61,017 nt of DNA from Actinomycetes bacterium (lineage in GTDB: Bacteria > Actinomycetota > Thermoleophilia > BMS3ABIN01). Positions 30,601 to 38,462 of this stretch are shown here, in pieces. Position 1 is the first letter of the stretch. Each line of letters opens with the position of its first letter. The position numbers were made by a program, and so were the translations under genes. The notes beneath the pieces are model-generated. The model did not search any database, was not told the DNA's origin, and worked only from the letters and a program-made list of their open reading frames with translations. Where the stretch lies: NCBI GenBank assembly GCA_024275795.1, contig JAJRYJ010000030.1, forward strand, positions 1-61,017, in the 5' to 3' direction.

Positions 30601-31827
30601 ATGACTATGAGCACATTCGTCTACAAAGTACGCGATGTCCGCGGTATACCCAGCAAGGGAGAGGTGGAGGCTGACAACCGGGATTCCGCCGCCGCCAATC
30701 TCAGGGGCCGTGGTTTTACCATCCTCGATATCAGTGAGAAGAAGGGTGGTTCGTCCATCAAGGCGCAGCTGGCTGAGTCCAAGCGTATCAAGTCGAAGGA
30801 CGTGACCATCTTCTCGCGGCAGTTCGCCACCATGATCAATTCGGGCCTGGCGATGCTGCGCGCCCTCGATATCCTGGAAAAACAGACGCAGAACCACAAG
30901 ATGCGGTCTGTGATCGCTGATACCAAGAACGACGTCGAGGCGGGCGCCTCCCTGTCGGACGCCATGGAGAAGCATCCCAAGGTCTTCAACAGCCTCTATG
31001 TGAGCATGGTGCGCGCGGGCGAGGCCGGCGGCATCCTGGATGATACGCTCAACAGGGTAGCGACACAGCTGGAAGCGGAGGACAGCCTCAAGCGCACGAT
31101 TCGTTCGGCAATGGTGTACCCGTTGCTGATTGCGGCGTTCGCGCTGCTTGTGCTTACGGCGATGATCCTCTTCATCATACCGGTCTTCTCCAAGATGTAC
31201 GCGGACCTGGGCAGCCAGTTGCCGCTGCTGACGCGCATCATGGTGGGCATCAGCAACGTCATGAGAAGCGTCTGGGGCGTCTTCATCATCGGTGGCGCCA
31301 TCGGCGGAATATACGGGATCATGCGCCTGAAACGCACACCCCAGGGTACAGCCGCCTGGGATCGTTTCAAGCTGAAGGTGCCCATGGGTATCGGCGATAT
31401 CGTCCGCAAGGTGATCATGGCACGCTTCTCGCGCACCATGAGCACGCTGGTATCGAGTGGAGTCCCCATATTGCAGGCGATAGACATCACCGGTGAGACC
31501 GCCGGCAACGTGGTCGTCTCGGAAGCGATGGCGGGGGTCAAGGCCAGCGTCAAGGAGGGCCGCCCCATGTCGGAACCCCTGGCGAAGGTCGATGTATTCC
31601 CGGCCATGGTTACGCAGATGATCGCTGTAGGCGAGGAGACGGGAGCAGTCGATACCATGCTCAACAAGATCGCCGACTTCTATGAAGATGAGGTCAACGC
31701 GGCAGTTAAATCACTGACATCGATACTGGAGCCGATCATGATGATCGGCGTCGGCGCCCTGGTCGGAGTGATCGTGATCTCCCTGTATCTGCCGATATTC
31801 AACCTGATGTCGATTCTCGGCTCGTAA
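30601..31827 (+). CDS. pilC: Type IV pilus platform protein PilC (GspF family)
   Basis: Two T2SSF repeats, three TM segments, 408 aa. Confidence 0.92.
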   Translation: MTMSTFVYKVRDVRGIPSKGEVEADNRDSAAANLRGRGFTILDISEKKGGSSIKAQLAESKRIKSKDVTIFSRQFATMINSGLAMLRALDILEKQTQNHKMRSVIADTKNDVEAGASLSDAMEKHPKVFNSLYVSMVRAGEAGGILDDTLNRVATQLEAEDSLKRTIRSAMVYPLLIAAFALLVLTAMILFIIPVFSKMYADLGSQLPLLTRIMVGISNVMRSVWGVFIIGGAIGGIYGIMRLKRTPQGTAAWDRFKLKVPMGIGDIVRKVIMARFSRTMSTLVSSGVPILQAIDITGETAGNVVVSEAMAGVKASVKEGRPMSEPLAKVDVFPAMVTQMIAVGEETGAVDTMLNKIADFYEDEVNAAVKSLTSILEPIMMIGVGALVGVIVISLYLPIFNLMSILGS

Positions 31828-31838
31828 AGGAAACGGTC

Positions 31839-32696
31839 TTGGGTGCAACAGCCACAAAAGCAGCCCCGGTTCGATCCGGGGATAAACGTACGGCGGATAA
31901 ACGTACGGTGGAATCCTGCAAGGTCGTGAGGCTGCCGAGCAGCAGGAAGATTGAACGCCGCAACAACGAACTGGTGGAGGAGTACCAGCTCTCCCGGGAC
32001 GCGAGGATTCTCGAGAAGATACTCGAGGACAATGACGGTCTTATCCACGCCACCCTGAAACGCTTCACCTATTTCCCGGATCCGTATGAGGATATCGTCC
32101 AGGTGGCGAGGCTGGGCATGATCAAGGCGGTACAGCGTTTCGACTGCTCGAAGGGTGTTGAGTTCTCCAGTTATGCGACGGCTATCATCGACGGCGAGGT
32201 CAGGCACTACCTGCGGGACAATACGCTGATGCGGCAGCCCCGGTGGCTGAGCAAGGCGGAAAAGCGCATCGAAGAGGCAAACATAGAGCTGTCACGCGAG
32301 CTCAAGCGGGCGCCGACGCTGGAGGAGCTTGCCGACGAGGCGAACATCTCCCAGGAGGGTATCCTGGAGATATTGAGGGTCAGAGCGGCATCGGGCATCC
32401 ATTCGGTAGACGACCCCGCGTCAAAGGAAAACTTCTACCCCGCACCGGATGAGAGCGTCGTCAGTTCACTCAGGTACGAGTCCTTCTCGTTGCCGATCGA
32501 GGATGAGATAACGTTGCATGATGCGTTCAAGGCCCTAAACGGCTTTCAGAAACGCCTGGTATATCTGCTTTTCTACAAGGATCTGACCCAGACCGAGGTC
32601 GCTAGGCAGCTGGGGTTGTCGCAGCGCAAGGTATCGCGTGAATCCGCCAAGGCAATCGGACGCATGAAGGCGATCCTCAACACCAGGATCTTCTAG
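31839..32696 (+). CDS. Sigma-70 family sigma factor (SigB/F/G-like group 3) embedded in the pilus locus
   Basis: Region 2 (ARLGMIKAVQRFD...YATAIIDGEVRHYLRD) and region 4 HTH (LTQTEVARQLGLSQRKVSR). The start is uncertain: TTG 31839 or GTG 31908. Confidence 0.8.
   Translation: MGATATKAAPVRSGDKRTADKRTVESCKVVRLPSSRKIERRNNELVEEYQLSRDARILEKILEDNDGLIHATLKRFTYFPDPYEDIVQVARLGMIKAVQRFDCSKGVEFSSYATAIIDGEVRHYLRDNTLMRQPRWLSKAEKRIEEANIELSRELKRAPTLEELADEANISQEGILEILRVRAASGIHSVDDPASKENFYPAPDESVVSSLRYESFSLPIEDEITLHDAFKALNGFQKRLVYLLFYKDLTQTEVARQLGLSQRKVSRESAKAIGRMKAILNTRIF
31880..31909 (+). repeat. 15-bp tandem duplication (14/15 identical) at the 5' end of the sigma-factor ORF
   Basis: ggataaacgtacggc / ggataaacgtacggt, encoding DKRTA-DKRTV if translated. 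Confidence 0.9.
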
Positions 32697-32844
32697 GTGC
32701 GCCATCTTATTGATGTATTAAAGTATTCATCCCATTGTGCCGATTTTTCCCTCAGCTTCACCAGTTCCCCGGTGACAGGGCAAAATCAGAAAGCAGCGGC
32801 GGCAGGTGTCTAAAAAAGTGGCAGTTGGGTAGCATAGGGGTGAA

Positions 32845-32925
32845 GGTGAAAAAGGCAAACCACTCGCAAGGGTGGGGCGCAAAGCTACAGGACCAGCGGA
32901 GCTGGTTGGCTGAGCTGCCACCAGA
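32845..32925 (+). promoter_or_regulatory. Putative c-di-GMP-I (GEMM-I) riboswitch aptamer in the pilin leader
   Basis: GGCAAACC-ACUC-GCAA-GGGUGG-GGCGCAAAGCU-[CAGGACCAGC GGA GCUGGUUGGCUG]-AGC. This matches the GEMM-I core: GGCAAACC, a GNRA-capped P2, G(A/G)CGCAAAGC(C/U), P3, then AGC. Confidence 0.7.
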
Positions 32926-32939
32926 GATCAGTACAGGAT

Positions 32940-32970
32940 CTGTGGTTTGCCGAAAACCACAGATTTTTTT
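32940..32970 (+). terminator. Intrinsic terminator forming the riboswitch expression platform
   Basis: ctgtggttt-gccga-aaaccacag followed by aTTTTTTT, about 45 nt upstream of the pilin start. Confidence 0.7.
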
Positions 32971-33015
32971 GTGGTTTTTCAGAAACTGAGTGATTGAGGA
33001 AGGGAGGTGACAGTT

Positions 33016-33411
33016 GTGAACACGAAGATCAGGAAAAGGATGCAGGCAGGCGGCGAGGGCGGCTTCACGCTCATCGAGCTGTTGGTGGTGATTATCATTA
33101 TCGCCATCCTGGCAGCGATCGCCATTCCGATGTACCTGAGTCAGCGTCAGAAGGGCTGGGAAGCCAACGCCAGGAGTGATCTGAGGAACGCTGCGGTGGC
33201 GCAGGAGAGTTATTTCACCGATAACGATACCTACACTACTACGGAAGCCAATCTCACGGCAGAGGGCTTTAACCCGTCCGCTAATGTGACGATGGACTAC
33301 ATCGTCGGCAGTGCCACTCGTTACTGCATGTCAGCTGTAAACGACAACGGTGGCGACAAGTTCTACATCGACAGCGATGACGGCGAGCCGACCACCACGG
33401 CTTGCTCGTAA
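33016..33411 (+). CDS. pilA: Type IV major pilin (prepilin with class III signal)
   Basis: GG|FTLIELLVVIIIIAILAAIAIP with Glu+5. GGGAGG SD lies 8 nt upstream of the GTG at 33016; the ORF track starts at 33007. Confidence 0.9.
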   Translation: MNTKIRKRMQAGGEGGFTLIELLVVIIIIAILAAIAIPMYLSQRQKGWEANARSDLRNAAVAQESYFTDNDTYTTTEANLTAEGFNPSANVTMDYIVGSATRYCMSAVNDNGGDKFYIDSDDGEPTTTACS

Positions 33412-33443
33412 GCAGGCAACCATGTGATATCGCTATCACTCGC

Positions 33444-33477
33444 GGAAGGCGGGTCCTCCTTCGAGGGCCCGCTTTCC
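33444..33477 (+). terminator. Stem-loop after the first pilin gene (possible partial terminator or stabiliser)
   Basis: ggaaggcgggtcc ... gggcccgctttcc, a 13-bp stem with two G-U pairs. There is no clean T-run. Confidence 0.4.
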
Positions 33478-33531
33478 TCATAAACAGGGCCGCAGCCAGG
33501 ATTCAACGGCAAGGAACGGAATAATATTACA

Positions 33532-33933
33532 ATGAGCTTATCTTTCCCCAGATATAAGCTTCATGCCGGTGGCGGTTTCACGATGATCGAACTGCTCCTT
33601 GTTATCATCATCATTGTCATTCTCTCATTGATAGCGATTCCGTTCTTCTTGTCCCAGCGTGAAAAAGGCTGGGACGCCAATGTAAAGAGTGATCTCCATA
33701 ACGCGGCTATCGCCCAGCAGACGTATTTTCACGATAACGACACCTTTGCCAGCCAGTTGAGCGATCTGCTGGACGCTGGTTACCGCAATTCATCGAAGAT
33801 AATGCTCTCGGTCGAGTCGGCGGACAGCAACGGCTTCTGCCTGGAGGCGTACCACGAAGCCGATCCAGGCAGCGTCTGGTACGTGGACAACGGCGCCGGC
33901 ACGCCCAACCCCCTGGAGGGCACCTGTCCCTGA
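33532..33933 (+). CDS. Type IV pilin paralog
   Basis: GG|FTMIELLLVIIIIVILSLIAIPFF. Clear paralog of the preceding pilin (shared SQR.KGW.AN.(K/R)SDL.NAA.AQ..YF.DND(T)(Y/F)). Confidence 0.9.
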   Translation: MSLSFPRYKLHAGGGFTMIELLLVIIIIVILSLIAIPFFLSQREKGWDANVKSDLHNAAIAQQTYFHDNDTFASQLSDLLDAGYRNSSKIMLSVESADSNGFCLEAYHEADPGSVWYVDNGAGTPNPLEGTCP

Positions 33934-34124
33934 CATTTCTTCGGCCGCCAACCGGCCGGGCAGGAAAACCCCGCATGTCAACCCCTTCCGGGCTAATACT
34001 TTTTTGCGTTTTTGCCGATAACAAGTTGAGCGGTAGGCTCGTGCTGTCTGGAAATGCGATCCATGTCAGGCAAGCTCGATAGCAGCGCAACCACACCCCA
34101 GATGGTTGACTGCAAGGGGAACCA

Positions 34125-34625
34125 ATGAGGGACAATAAACATAGCTGTCGCTTGGGCGATGGCGGATATACGATTATCGAAGTACTCATCGCGCTGACAC
34201 TGCTGGTCGCCGCGATGATTCCTCTCGCTATCATTCTTTCCACCGGCCTTCGCACCTCTGTTGCCAATCAGACACGCATCCATGCCAAGGAGCTGGCGTC
34301 CACTGAGATCGATGAGGTCAAGGGAATGAGCTACAGCGCCATTGGGCTCGCCGGGGTCAGTACGACCATCGAGGAGGCGACTAACGGCCAGCAGATAGGG
34401 CCGGAAGCGGGATATTCGGGGTTGGAGGCGGGGCCGGAAACGGTGCAGACGCCGTCGGGGAACACCTATGAAGTCACCCGCGACGTGAGGAAATATGTCA
34501 ATTCTTCCATGTCGAATGATGCAGCTACCAAGCAGGTAACCATCACGGTCTCGTGGACGGGGCCCGGGCCGGCGTCTTCGGAGACGGTTTCAACAGTAAT
34601 CGGACCGACTGATACTGCGGACTGA
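34125..34625 (+). CDS. Minor pilin (PilV-like prepilin-type protein), set 1
   Basis: GG|YTIIEVLIALTLLVAAM class III signal. Confidence 0.8.
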   Translation: MRDNKHSCRLGDGGYTIIEVLIALTLLVAAMIPLAIILSTGLRTSVANQTRIHAKELASTEIDEVKGMSYSAIGLAGVSTTIEEATNGQQIGPEAGYSGLEAGPETVQTPSGNTYEVTRDVRKYVNSSMSNDAATKQVTITVSWTGPGPASSETVSTVIGPTDTAD

Positions 34626-34641
34626 CGGCGGCTGGAAACCA

Positions 34642-35289
34642 ATGAGCCAGAGATCGACAACCCGGAGTTTTTTTACCTGCGAAGACGGCATCAGCCTCAT
34701 AGAGCTGATAGTGGCTATCGCTTTGCTGACCGTCGCCATCGGAGCGATCACCAGTATGGTTATCTCCAGTATGCGTTCTCAGCAGGAGATCACGGCGGAT
34801 TTCCGGTCCCAGCTGAACATGAGGCAGGTGCTTTATGACATGGAGAAACAGATCGCCGAGGCTTTACGAAGGGACAGTTCGGGAAACGAGCCCATCTTCC
34901 AGGATGACCTGATCTCTTTTCCGTCCCAGAATGAGCCGGTATGGATTACATATGTCTACACAGCAGAGCACCCTTCAAGCCAGCAACCGACGATTGTACG
35001 GGTGGATACGGAAGGCATGCCCACCCTGCCGCTGACGATTGAGAACACCGACAAGCAGATGATCAACACAGATCCGGAAAACTCCGAGGTTGCCACGGTG
35101 GAACGAGTCGCCGACGGGGCTCCCATATTCAAATATTACGATGAGGACGGCAACCGGCTGGCGACGCCGGTGGCCGACCCCCGCGAAGTCCGCTTCGTGG
35201 AGATATCCATTCGTACCACGGTCAGCGACGGGCATGCGCAGGATGAGCCGACCGTGTCAACGACAAAGATAAGTCTCAGAAACTTCTAA
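34642..35289 (+). CDS. Minor pilin (PilW-like prepilin-type protein), set 1
   Basis: EDG|ISLIELIVAIALLTVAIGAI class III signal. Confidence 0.8.
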   Translation: MSQRSTTRSFFTCEDGISLIELIVAIALLTVAIGAITSMVISSMRSQQEITADFRSQLNMRQVLYDMEKQIAEALRRDSSGNEPIFQDDLISFPSQNEPVWITYVYTAEHPSSQQPTIVRVDTEGMPTLPLTIENTDKQMINTDPENSEVATVERVADGAPIFKYYDEDGNRLATPVADPREVRFVEISIRTTVSDGHAQDEPTVSTTKISLRNF

Positions 35290-35299
35290 GGAGGAAGCT

Positions 35300-36727
35300 A
35301 TGGGCTCGCGATTTGACATAAGAAACGAGGGGGGAGCGGCCCTGATCATCGCACTGGGCGTGATGTCGATTCTGGTGATTATCGGCATCACAGTTACCGC
35401 GATATCGATGAACAGCACCAAGACGGTAGCCCGTGATATCAGGCTGACCGAGGCGCAGAACATCGCCGAAGGCGGTGTGGAGGATACCATAGAGGTCACC
35501 CTGAACAACTATGACGATGTTTTCCCCGGCGGCGTCATCCCGGATCCCAGTTACCAGGGGGACGGGATGCCTTTCTATGATGGAGCGCAGCCTGCGTATG
35601 ACGCGCAGGGCAACCAGATAGGCGAATACCAGGTCTGGACCAAGGAAGATCCGGACCGGCCCGGGAATGTCCTCATCACGTCCAAGGGCACCACCATAGG
35701 CGGTGACCCGGATTCGTCAACCGTAAGGGTATCAGTGAAATTCACTGCACGCATCTTTGATTACGCACTGCTGGTGGGTGATCCCAACCAGTCATATTCC
35801 AGCGATTCTCACTCCCATGCCGATTGTACGCCCGGCATGGAAATGAAGACGGAAGACGGCGGCGCTATCGAGATCACGGGCAACGTCCATGTCAACGGTT
35901 GCATGTACGTCGACTCCGATAATGGCTCTCATGGCGATCCGGGCACCATATCGTTCCTGTCGCGCGACGGCTACGCGGATACGGTCACATACCTGGACAG
36001 TTTTAACGGCTCGGTCCTGGGCAACCAGCCGACCCAGACGGATACACCGGTCGAGTTCCCCACGGTGGACTTCGACGCGTTCGTGAACACGATCACGGTC
36101 AATCTGCCCAGCAGCGGTACACCCTCGGGCAGCGGCTGGTCCCGTAACGGCGACAAGTTCGAGATCAGCGGCTCTGACTTCGAGGCGCTCTATGGCTCCT
36201 ATGATGCAGTCAAGTTCACCGCTGCCGACAACAGCAAATTCAAGATTGAGATCAGCGGCTCCGGCGATATGGATAACCCGGATGTGATCACAACCACAAT
36301 CCTGATTCCCGCCAGCGACGGGTCCGATCCGGCGATCAAGGAACTTGAGCTTAAGGGTTCCGGACTGAGCGTACAGCCTGCGAACGGCATCGCTTTCGTT
36401 TCCGCAGAAGGCGAGCTTGAGCTGGAAGACGGTGTAGTCGTGGGAGAGCCCGGGGCGGGCGCGCTCATTTACGCAACCGGTCAGGGTCATGAGGGCGAGT
36501 TCGAGATGGAGGAGGGGGCAATCGTTTACGGTTCCGTGGTGGTCAGCAGCCCCGAAGTGGAGCTGAAGGCCGAAGGTCCGGACGGTGATGGTAACTCCCA
36601 TGAGGGTCGCTCGCTGGATGGCAACATCAATATCATCTATGACGGTGCCTACCTGAGCGAAATGCCATCGGGCTGGTGGTCGGGAGGCTCGATCACGGCC
36701 ATTAAGGAGAACTTCGAGCGGGATTGA
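35300..36727 (+). CDS. PilX-like large pilus-associated protein, set 1
   Basis: N-terminal GGAALIIALGVMSILVIIG hydrophobic segment followed by TEAQNIAEGG (PilX_N-like). The large C-terminal region is unassigned. Confidence 0.7.
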   Translation: MGSRFDIRNEGGAALIIALGVMSILVIIGITVTAISMNSTKTVARDIRLTEAQNIAEGGVEDTIEVTLNNYDDVFPGGVIPDPSYQGDGMPFYDGAQPAYDAQGNQIGEYQVWTKEDPDRPGNVLITSKGTTIGGDPDSSTVRVSVKFTARIFDYALLVGDPNQSYSSDSHSHADCTPGMEMKTEDGGAIEITGNVHVNGCMYVDSDNGSHGDPGTISFLSRDGYADTVTYLDSFNGSVLGNQPTQTDTPVEFPTVDFDAFVNTITVNLPSSGTPSGSGWSRNGDKFEISGSDFEALYGSYDAVKFTAADNSKFKIEISGSGDMDNPDVITTTILIPASDGSDPAIKELELKGSGLSVQPANGIAFVSAEGELELEDGVVVGEPGAGALIYATGQGHEGEFEMEEGAIVYGSVVVSSPEVELKAEGPDGDGNSHEGRSLDGNINIIYDGAYLSEMPSGWWSGGSITAIKENFERD

Positions 36728-36765
36728 TGCTCGATTGCTGAGCTCCCACCCAGGAAAAGACAGAA

Positions 36766-36794
36766 GAAGCCCTCCCCGGAGGGCTTCTTTTTTT
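36766..36794 (+). terminator. Intrinsic terminator closing minor-pilin set 1
   Basis: gaagccctc-cccg-gagggcttc followed by TTTTTTT. Confidence 0.85.
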
Positions 36795-36858
36795 ATGCAA
36801 TTTGCATAAAGAAGCGCTGATCGCCGCCGATTCAATTAATAGAAGGGACTGGTATGTC

Positions 36859-37437
36859 ATGATCGATTATGGGCCTGAATGCGTGTATCGAAGCAACGAG
36901 GGAGCCTGCGGCTCCCGGTCATTGTTGCGCACCCCCTTCCCCCGCGAAAAGAAGCAAGATTTCTCATTGGAGGATTTCATCCACACCGGTCAAGAGGGCT
37001 TCACGCTCGTGGAGATGATCGTCACAATCGCGCTCATGACCATCCTGCTCTCCATGGCCACCGGCGCCCTGTCCTATTACTTTGCCGGCCGTTCACTGGA
37101 TGTAGCGACCAGGGAACTGACTTCCGACATCAGGGAGGCGCAGGCCCTGGCGGTCTCATCGGGAAGCACCTACAGGATTCTTTTCTATACAGACGACAGC
37201 TACCAGCTCCAGAGGCGACAGAGCGGTGACTGGGTCGATGTCGAGGACCCACGGCAACTGCCGTCAAGCGTGCACTACGACCAGACTTCTAGTCCTTCAT
37301 TCGGCGGCGATCGCGTGCTTGATTTTTATGCCAGGGGCGAAGCTGAAGACGGGCAGCTCGGTCTGACCGGCAGATTTGGAATGACCAGGACGATCAGGGT
37401 GGAAGCGGAGACTGTCAATATCGCGGTATCAAGATGA
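36859..37437 (+). CDS. GspH/FimT-like pseudopilin, set 2
   Basis: QEG|FTLVEMIVTIALMTILL class III signal. The start is ambiguous: ATG 36859 gives an unusually long leader, and TTG 36967 gives an 11-aa leader. Confidence 0.75.
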   Translation: MIDYGPECVYRSNEGACGSRSLLRTPFPREKKQDFSLEDFIHTGQEGFTLVEMIVTIALMTILLSMATGALSYYFAGRSLDVATRELTSDIREAQALAVSSGSTYRILFYTDDSYQLQRRQSGDWVDVEDPRQLPSSVHYDQTSSPSFGGDRVLDFYARGEAEDGQLGLTGRFGMTRTIRVEAETVNIAVSR

Positions 37438-37447
37438 GGGGTCGGAT

Positions 37448-38395
37448 ATGAAAAAGGACAAACAGAAAATTGCAAACCCGCTGATATCCATGAGGCGGTT
37501 GACCGACGAAGGAGGAATGACACTCATCGAGATTCTCACGTCGATGGTGGTTTTTCTCGTGGTTTCATCGGGCATCGCCGGCACCATGATCATAGGTCTG
37601 CGGACGACCGCCGAGGCCCAGCTGGCGACTATGGGCAAAGCAGTCGCCCAGGAACAGATCGAGGAGATGAAGGCCAGGCCCTTCTATGTGCCGTACACCG
37701 AAGATGAGAATGACGGCACGACCGCTGATGTCGACATGCTCGATGTCTACTACCCGGACGCGGACCCTGGCCGGTATGGCTATCCGAACGGCTGGGAGGG
37801 ATGGTACACGGAGTCGAGCGATGATGCATATTACACCATGGTGTCACCGGCCGACGACCGCGGCATGGTCAAGACGGTAGAGACCCGTTTCATCGACAGC
37901 GAGGGCAACGTCATCGTCCCCGATGGAACATATAACTCCAACGGACTCGGTTATGACTATCCGCCCAGCTACCTGGTCGAAGTCACGGTGACCACAACAT
38001 GGACATCGCGTGACGGCGAGGACAGTTTCCAGCTGGTATCCAGGGTATCCGGAACGGATCAGACCCTGGAAGACGCCGACGTGCCGGACGACAATCCGAG
38101 CGACGACGAGTCCGACGATGAGTCCGACGATGACGAATGCGACATGGAGTCCCACGACGGTGAGTCCGATGACCATTCGGATGATTCGGCTGATGATGCT
38201 TCCGACGACGAGGATGAATCCTACGATGAAGGTGATGACTCGGAAGACACGGATTCGGAGGATATGTCGGATGACGGGGACTCTGATGACGGCTCCGCCG
38301 ACGAGGAGCATTGTGACAACGAATCCAACGATGGGGAATCGGATGATTCCCACGAAGATGACTCCAATGATAATGAGTCCCGGGATATCGACTGA
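37448..38395 (+). CDS. Prepilin-type protein with a ~110-aa poly-acidic (D/E/S-rich) C-terminal tail, set 2
   Basis: EGG|MTLIEILTSMVVFLVV class III signal, then a globular region, then a tail DADVPDDNPSDDESDDESDDDECDMESHDGESDD... Confidence 0.8.
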   Translation: MKKDKQKIANPLISMRRLTDEGGMTLIEILTSMVVFLVVSSGIAGTMIIGLRTTAEAQLATMGKAVAQEQIEEMKARPFYVPYTEDENDGTTADVDMLDVYYPDADPGRYGYPNGWEGWYTESSDDAYYTMVSPADDRGMVKTVETRFIDSEGNVIVPDGTYNSNGLGYDYPPSYLVEVTVTTTWTSRDGEDSFQLVSRVSGTDQTLEDADVPDDNPSDDESDDESDDDECDMESHDGESDDHSDDSADDASDDEDESYDEGDDSEDTDSEDMSDDGDSDDGSADEEHCDNESNDGESDDSHEDDSNDNESRDID

Positions 38396-38462
38396 AGTGA
38401 TAACTGAAAGCCGGACGAAATCCTTGGGGACCAGTACCAGCCCCGGAAAGAGGTTGAACAGG

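Noticed and set aside
32770-32815. A second, tandem GEMM-I aptamer upstream of the main one, suggested by ACAGGGCAAAA at about 32774-32784.
   Set aside because: The segment lacks the GNRA-capped P2 helix and the GCGCAAAGC block. Only the short GGGCAAA string matches.
32735-32989. 84-aa ORF in the pilin leader.
   Set aside because: It spans the riboswitch-like aptamer and the terminator, has no SD, and its sequence has no protein-like features. The RNA element explains it better.
38060-38395. Repetitive DNA in the acidic-tail region as a CRISPR or minisatellite array.
   Set aside because: There are no regular repeat-spacer units. The periodicity is codon-level GAC/GAT/GAG/TCC low complexity inside an open reading frame.
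38010-38462. N-terminal 150-aa extension of the set-2 PilW-like ORF.
   Set aside because: It overlaps the acidic-tail gene in another frame and is a Thr/Met/Pro/Arg-rich translation of the same low-complexity DNA. The class III signal lies right after the internal ATG at 38463, which has its own purine-rich SD.
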